DNA of 49,761 nucleotides from sequence record SRR22947725_1597; one strand, 5' to 3'. Shown piece by piece: positions 44,601 to 49,761 of this stretch (position 1 is its first letter; each line of letters starts with the position of its first letter). The notes under the pieces were generated by a model. It saw only the letters and a program-made list of their open reading frames with translations, ran no database searches and was not told where the DNA came from. The position numbers and the translations under genes were made by a program.

Positions 44601-46876
44601 TTCTGTAAAACTGCATTTATGGCGGCCGCTGCCGAAGCAGCTGACACACCCTCATCAATCGAAACAACGTGCGAGGCACCTTGCGCAAGATCCACTGTCA
44701 AATTATAGGCAGCCGTTGTATTTCCGGGTAAAATTGAGCTGCCTTGTGATAATACCGGTGCAATACCATTACTGCCAATTTCTAATGCGTACATGCCACC
44801 GGAGAAGCTGACATCCATTGACATATCACGATAGGCATTATCAACATCGTTTAAATATTTTGCGCTATATACTGCTTCGTCATCAAAACCATTTCCGGTT
44901 GTCATAAATTCGGTTATTTGTGCATCTGAAAATGCAGCTCCAGCGAGATGCCGGCCTTCCCGGGTAAATATCTGCAAATCCGACGCACTCACTGCTGCTG
45001 ATACTGCAGCTGTGTTTACGCCTACACCCGTCGAAATCGAGGGAACGCCTGAGCCTGTAACTTCGAAATCACCCTCTGCCGAGGTGATTGTCAGACTGCC
45101 ACCACGGCCACTAGCTATCATTCCTAAATCGGAAAGTGACTGATTGGCCGAGCTGCGCAGCACGCCGCTGTTTAACAGCTTGGCAATATCCGCGCCATCC
45201 TCCCAAATCTTGCCGGAATCATCATTCGGATATGCCGCAGCATATGATATGCCAAAACTATGCGGCCCATCATCACTTGATCCAGTCCGTGAGAAGCTCA
45301 TTTGTGTTACATTTTGCAATGCAAGATCTGTTAATTGAAATTTCGCTGATGCCTGCTTGGTAAATGAGCCAATATCAACATTTTTAGTCCCTGCTGGGAT
45401 GATGGCTACAAGACCATCGTTGATAAACTCTTTTGCCTCTACCGCGGTTAGAGAGTTGGACAATGTTTCTGCAATTGATTTTGTCTCTGGGTAACCCTTT
45501 GGGCTCACCCGAGCCACCTCTAAAGTCGCATCAGTGGCGTTTTTGTTATCAGCTGTAACAAGATCAGGACTTGCTGCAGCTATATCTTGCGGACGTGCCA
45601 GAAGGAATTGCATGTTCGCAGCCGCATTTTTACCCGGGACAATTGTAAAGCTATTCCCATTCTTGGCTGGGCCAGTCAGCCTAACATCAAAGCCTGATGT
45701 CGAGATCAGTGACTTGCCTTCAACCGTTTCAGCCAGATCAGGTCCGGTCAGCTGCCATACTTCTCTTGCTTGAATGTAGGTTAACGTCATACTCGATTTT
45801 GGCAGTTTGGTTGGGTCTGTGATGGTAATTTCAGCTTCAACCTCTGCCGGGTTAGAAGGGTTCTTCTCGGCAACAACGGTGACCGCAGAAAACATATCAA
45901 GGCCGCGCAAACCGTCCATAGTAATGCCACGGTGATGCTGCGCGTTTAAATCTGTAGTGATCTGAACAGCCAATTGATTCATCTGATTGACCACGTCGTC
46001 AATCGCACCATATACCTCGCTCAACCCCGCAATGATTCCACCAGAAAGTTGGCTTGTCGGCGTATGCGACGAAAGTGGGTTTAGAACAACTTGTAGGCCG
46101 CCAATTCGGTCATATCTCTCGATGAAGCCAAGCGGTGTTCTGTTGGTACCCTCAACAAGGCTAGGTCCGGCACCAGACGAGCCGATTGTCAAATTTGCAA
46201 CGCCGCGATCCGTATAGCTTACTGACACATCGGCCAATGCAGAAATATCCTGAACTAGCCGGTCCCTTAAATCGAGAAATGAATTTGGTGATTTTCCACT
46301 TTGTCCCGCCGACAGGATTCGATCGTTTACAGAAGTCAATTCCTTGGTAAGCAGGTTAATACCTTCCATGGCGTCTTGCATTTGCGCGGTGGTAGCAGTC
46401 TTGAGATTGTCCAGCTGTAAAAAAGTCGAGTTAAAAGCAGCCGCCAAGCTGCGACCCTGCTCTAGAGCAACGACACGCGGCGCGAGATCACTCGGCGCTG
46501 CCGAAACATCCGACAAACCACGAAAAAAATTACCAATTTGCGTACCAAGATCGGCATCTGCCGGTAATAAAGCAGTTTCAACTTTCTCAAGCTGTTTTAC
46601 ATAGCTATCCATTCGCTGAAAGCTCGCATTGGCAGCGAGTTTGCTATCTGTCAGAAACGCGTCAAAAGATCGTGTTATATCGGCAACACGCACACCAAGG
46701 CCAGACTGATTAGCAATGCTGGTGATGCCGCCCTGACTGGCGCCAACTTCCTCGAGGTTGGCCTCACGGCGTTTATAACCTTCGGTGTTAATATTTGCGA
46801 TATTCTGGCCGGTTACACCCAGAGACTGGCGGTAGGCCTGGATTGCGCTTTTACCAACATCAAATAAACTGGTCAT
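41693..46876 (-). CDS. flgK: Hook-associated protein 1, very large (1727 aa)
   Basis: VTGQNIANINTEGYKR, LDLRDRL, GVNLDTEAAALIEYQQAYQASARIL. Confidence 0.95.
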   Translation of the reverse strand: MTSLFDVGKSAIQAYRQSLGVTGQNIANINTEGYKRREANLEEVGASQGGITSIANQSGLGVRVADITRSFDAFLTDSKLAANASFQRMDSYVKQLEKVETALLPADADLGTQIGNFFRGLSDVSAAPSDLAPRVVALEQGRSLAAAFNSTFLQLDNLKTATTAQMQDAMEGINLLTKELTSVNDRILSAGQSGKSPNSFLDLRDRLVQDISALADVSVSYTDRGVANLTIGSSGAGPSLVEGTNRTPLGFIERYDRIGGLQVVLNPLSSHTPTSQLSGGIIAGLSEVYGAIDDVVNQMNQLAVQITTDLNAQHHRGITMDGLRGLDMFSAVTVVAEKNPSNPAEVEAEITITDPTKLPKSSMTLTYIQAREVWQLTGPDLAETVEGKSLISTSGFDVRLTGPAKNGNSFTIVPGKNAAANMQFLLARPQDIAAASPDLVTADNKNATDATLEVARVSPKGYPETKSIAETLSNSLTAVEAKEFINDGLVAIIPAGTKNVDIGSFTKQASAKFQLTDLALQNVTQMSFSRTGSSDDGPHSFGISYAAAYPNDDSGKIWEDGADIAKLLNSGVLRSSANQSLSDLGMIASGRGGSLTITSAEGDFEVTGSGVPSISTGVGVNTAAVSAAVSASDLQIFTREGRHLAGAAFSDAQITEFMTTGNGFDDEAVYSAKYLNDVDNAYRDMSMDVSFSGGMYALEIGSNGIAPVLSQGSSILPGNTTAAYNLTVDLAQGASHVVSIDEGVSAASAAAAINAVLQNAGIRADATTRVELFEFQNNGVVTFDLEAANRLPIEISADVTPTNLTNLALAINKVAADTGVSAVTSPDNQRIILTSADGDDISISNLSNTSPLFSGRMVDDDGVALSTPVGTVSSSGAFKNALSSSNVVTDALVAGASVSESSAAGKGANLNLSRDASGTYSVSIISGGDGGSDPYVVGDTFSVDGTLVGGSSATHDVIITVTSVDASGLITAASATGFAPGLTQAQTTIASTTTSGLGSGASFDVTMADGVATVAVNAVGDGYDVNDTITILGSALGGTDGVNDLTLTVATLSSGSMASFGSTVSGNTIDTARFSGGIAMLSSEDFSITTSSGTTNAVQDAALGGFVNVKSNTTGDTKLITFDANPSLEAGGSALDGLRAIAPNAAYGITVPTGSSNVTFSANVNANELSVISNESVSQALVKELRDQAPLVSMSAGMTASAKQVVSYSFQRSEAVVAADDSVNVTINGTVIAVDLSDVDGLGTPATTAAHVTTAIVTAVNNSNIGVTAASTASAPDYGVELTASHAGEVFTVETFQFDDLNETVAQTQFSLQSETAARSLPLDGTSVSINFGSQVYQLKMQDGEVVVSGPEGGRVTAYFDSDSRLQIYGGGSLVGESLTLVSDTQISANSTGAASFGLSSATTRLAGQQITLASGMNDLSLKFNDVDIAVSLDSAGVITTIPSSVSGLTLRWEAATATTGRLITEYDSSQDTLSVNGPINALGYKTADREISLQADAIKVQSTDNTPFSITATATSIAGTRVALDDLPYEDLLVFTTGGGAREIAAEYAQPVEVQDITTYEIRSIGDTGNMLEVLDADTGHSIATRVVSGDRQTTYGEFLFTLRGRAGNGDKFTLQQDAVGTGDSRNLDRMIAMQAGDDNVAGKIGFQDMFGAMIAGVGSSLRSGKIAVEVHEENLMAAKEAESEFAGVNLDTEAAALIEYQQAYQASARILSTARELFQSLMDVV

Positions 46877-46890
46877 AGGATCACCATCAC

Positions 46891-47196
46891 CTAGTTACCT
46901 GATGGTTTGCGGGCGCCATGGCCAAATTGTTTGACCAGCGCCTCGGCAATACCTAGGTTCATGTTTTGCGCCATAGATTTGGCACGTTCCTGTTCCAGCA
47001 TCTCAGTGTAATTATCGCCTGCGCTGCTGCCCAAAATATCATCAGCTAACTTTGACTGACGGGCTTGTTTTAAGAGCGTTTGAATAAAAATTGCTTCAAA
47101 TTGCTCAGCCGCAGCATCTAGATCTTCCGGCACATTTTGACGCTGCGCCAATTCAGGACTCAATGGCTTGGCAAGTGTTGGAATCATATTATCCAT
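46891..47196 (-). CDS. flgJ: Rod-capping FlgJ, single-domain (no muramidase)
   Basis: AAEQFEAIFIQTLLK, LGIAEALVKQF; 101 aa. Confidence 0.9.
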   Translation of the reverse strand: MDNMIPTLAKPLSPELAQRQNVPEDLDAAAEQFEAIFIQTLLKQARQSKLADDILGSSAGDNYTEMLEQERAKSMAQNMNLGIAEALVKQFGHGARKPSGN

Positions 47197-47206
47197 CAGA
47201 TGCTCC

Positions 47207-48364
47207 CTAGATCACAATCAACTCGGCACGAAGCGAACCCGCTTCACGCAATGCTTCAAGAATCGCAACAAGGTCAGATGGCGTACCCCCAACGGCATTC
47301 AGCGCGTCTACAATCGACGATAATTCAACACCCGGATCAAAAACAAACGCACGTGCTATTTCTTCCTCGGCTGTTATGGTCGTATCTGGCGTCTCCACAG
47401 CAGCACCAGGCACGGTCGCAGCAACCCCATCAGCCACGGCCATCGCTTGGGCTTGCGTTACATTAACGTCTTCTTTAACGCGCACCGTCAGCGATCCGTG
47501 CGTGACTGCCGCCGCCGACACCCGGACATCGCCACCAATAACAATGGTGCCAGTTCGCGCGTTGACCACAACCTTGGCGCGTGGGCGATCAGGCTCGACT
47601 TGGACATTTTCAAGCAGACTGACAAATGAAACTTTTTGCGCCGGATCAATAGGCGCGCGCACCTTAACCGTGGTTGAGTCAAGCGGTATGGCAACGCCGT
47701 CTCCAAAAACGTCATTGATCGCCTCGGCAACACGGTTTGTTGTACTAAAATCACCCTGATGCAGGTTGAGCAAAATATTGGAATTATCCAGAAACGGCGT
47801 TTCAATCATTTTTTCAACGCTTGCTCCACCTGGAATCCGGCCAACAGTGGGAACATTTACGGTCAAAGATGACCCATCACCGCCAGCAACGCCCAAACCA
47901 CCGACCATCAAATTGCCCTGAGCCACCGCATAGGTCTCGCCATCAGCACCTAACAAAGGTGTCATCAACAAGGTCCCTCCACGAAGCGACTTTGCTTGAC
48001 CAACCGTCGACACAACAATATCGAGCTTTTGCCCCGGCTTGGTAAAAGGCGGCAGTTCGGCGGTAATAATAACCGCGGCTGCATTTTTGCCATTCATATT
48101 TGCAGCGCTTGTTACAACGCCAAATTGGCTAATCATTGATTGCAGTGATTGCTGCGTTAAAGCCGCATTACCATCACCTGTACCAGCAAGACCAACGACA
48201 AGGCCATAACCAACGAGCTGGTTCGAGCGCACACCCGCAATTGATGTTAAATCTTTGAGGCGGTCGGCTTGTGCTGACGACAATCCACTGAGGCTTGCTG
48301 CAAGGGCAATAATGCCAATTTTGATGATCTTAAACATGAATAATCGCGGAGCCTTTGGCATCAT
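47207..48364 (-). CDS. flgI: P-ring protein
   Basis: [43 protein letters not shown]. Confidence 0.97.
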   Translation of the reverse strand: MMPKAPRLFMFKIIKIGIIALAASLSGLSSAQADRLKDLTSIAGVRSNQLVGYGLVVGLAGTGDGNAALTQQSLQSMISQFGVVTSAANMNGKNAAAVIITAELPPFTKPGQKLDIVVSTVGQAKSLRGGTLLMTPLLGADGETYAVAQGNLMVGGLGVAGGDGSSLTVNVPTVGRIPGGASVEKMIETPFLDNSNILLNLHQGDFSTTNRVAEAINDVFGDGVAIPLDSTTVKVRAPIDPAQKVSFVSLLENVQVEPDRPRAKVVVNARTGTIVIGGDVRVSAAAVTHGSLTVRVKEDVNVTQAQAMAVADGVAATVPGAAVETPDTTITAEEEIARAFVFDPGVELSSIVDALNAVGGTPSDLVAILEALREAGSLRAELIVI

Positions 48365-49053
48365 TAAAATGGGGAAATTGTCCGCATCAGTTGGCTAAGC
48401 CAACCGGGCTGGGATGAGTCGGCAAGGTGACCTGAACCGGTATAGCGGATTTGCGCATCGGCAAGCCTGTCAGATGAAACAATATTGCCGGCTGAAATAT
48501 CCTCGGGGCGAACAACTCCGCGAACCCGCACATATTCATTGCCATTGTTTAAGGTCAGTTCTTTCTGCCCTTGAACTTCCATATTGCCATTGTCAAATAC
48601 CCGAATGACAGTAACTGACAATAAACCGCTAAAGCTGTTTGACTGCACCGCATTGCCAGAACCAGCAAAGCTGCGGGTTGTGCCTGCATTCAAACCGGCT
48701 GGGTCTTTGTCAAACCCGCCAGTTAGCATATTTGGCAAGCCTGTCGGCAGGGTCACACCAAAAGCATCAGTTTTGCTTGATGCCGCTGTCTGTGCCTTGG
48801 TTGCAGCATAAATTTCGTTAAAACTGACTGTTAGAATGTCACCGATACGGCGTGCACGCTGATCAGTGGCAAACAGGCCACTTCGCCCCGGCTGAAAGAT
48901 CGCCCCGTTCATATTAGTGGATTTAGCCAGGATAACTGGCGCTTCGGCTGGTTGGAATGACTGGCTAACAACCTGTTCAGTATAGGTCGAGCAACCGGTA
49001 ACCAACCCAAAAAGAGCGGCAACCGATATGAATTTGAAAACGATAATTTTCAT
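48364..49053 (-). CDS. flgH: L-ring lipoprotein
   Basis: Lipobox [31 protein letters not shown]...PF. Confidence 0.96.
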   Translation of the reverse strand: MKIIVFKFISVAALFGLVTGCSTYTEQVVSQSFQPAEAPVILAKSTNMNGAIFQPGRSGLFATDQRARRIGDILTVSFNEIYAATKAQTAASSKTDAFGVTLPTGLPNMLTGGFDKDPAGLNAGTTRSFAGSGNAVQSNSFSGLLSVTVIRVFDNGNMEVQGQKELTLNNGNEYVRVRGVVRPEDISAGNIVSSDRLADAQIRYTGSGHLADSSQPGWLSQLMRTISPF

Positions 49054-49086
49054 GAACTTAAAACCTCCAGACCGGCAAATAATTGA

Positions 49087-49761
49087 TTAGAGGTTCTGTG
49101 CGATGTAACGCATCATTTCGTCAACCGAAGTGATTGTCTTGGAGCTTACCTCATATGCACGCTGTGTTTCGATCATATCGACAAGCTGTTGAACAACATT
49201 TACATTTGAACTTTCCAACGAGCCCTGAACCAGGCGCCCCATCCCTTCTTGAAACGGGTTGGCAACGACTGGCGCACCACTTGCCGGTGTCTCGATCAGC
49301 ATACTTTCGCCATTTGGCTGAAGACCTTGTCTATTTATGAAATCAGCCAATGTGATTTGACCCACCTCTTGGGCGTCAACAGCGCCAGGCACTTGCACTG
49401 ACACGATGCCATCTGATGACACGTTGATCGAGGTTGCTTCAGCTGGAATTTGGATTTCGGGCTGGAGTGGGTAACCACTGGCTGTTGTGACAACGCCTTC
49501 GGCATTTCGTGAAAAGGCGCCAGACCGCGTATAGCCAATCTGACCATCAGGCAACAGAATTTGGAAAAAACCACTACCTTCAATTGACATATCAAGCGAA
49601 TTGCCCGTATCGATCAGGCTGCCTTGCGTAAAAAGCTTATTGGTGTTCAGCAATCTTGTGCCGGTACCAACTGCGAGACCAGAGGTCAGGCTGGTATTTT
49701 CAGATGTATTTTCACCTGCACCGCGATAAACTTGATAAAGAAGCGACTCAAAATTTGCGCG
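49087..49761 (-). CDS. flgG: Distal rod protein (5' end outside window)
   Basis: Frame open to window end (RANFESLLYQ...GTGTRL); YTRSGAF, LESSNVNVV, QRAYE. Confidence 0.95.
   Translation of the reverse strand, partial: RANFESLLYQVYRGAGENTSENTSLTSGLAVGTGTRLLNTNKLFTQGSLIDTGNSLDMSIEGSGFFQILLPDGQIGYTRSGAFSRNAEGVVTTASGYPLQPEIQIPAEATSINVSSDGIVSVQVPGAVDAQEVGQITLADFINRQGLQPNGESMLIETPASGAPVVANPFQEGMGRLVQGSLESSNVNVVQQLVDMIETQRAYEVSSKTITSVDEMMRYIAQNL

Noticed and set aside
1-49761. CRISPR arrays, IS elements/integrases, tRNA or rRNA genes
   Set aside because: None seen; all repeats noticed are protein-level and diverged in DNA.

Overview
Bacterial flagellar late-gene region with a flagellin-glycosylation island. 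Left to right: a 5'-truncated FleQ-like sigma54 activator, fliT-like/fliS, three very unusual large flagellin-like genes, a ClC-CBS channel, fliD, three tandem 272-aa minimal flagellins, a Maf glycosyltransferase, an AT-richer island of TPR/GT genes and rmlBDAC, a 663-aa flagellin, then flgL, a giant flgK (1727 aa), short flgJ, flgI, flgH and a truncated flgG. The FleQ/sigma54/sigma28 hierarchy with fliD/fliS, short FlgJ and very long FlgK resembles the gamma-type fla1 system of Cereibacter (Rhodobacter) sphaeroides. The host may be a marine alphaproteobacterium, but that is inference only. The standout is a candidate 'functionalised flagellum'. One flagellin carries a serralysin-type metzincin protease with RTX Ca-binding repeats (816 aa). 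One carries ten cadherin-like repeats and a putative jelly-roll domain (1617 aa). A third degenerate flagellin (877 aa) shares modules with the giant flagellin, FlgK and the 663-aa flagellin. All three have sigma28-like promoter motifs matching those of the ordinary flagellins. All calls are from motif reading by eye; no searches were run.
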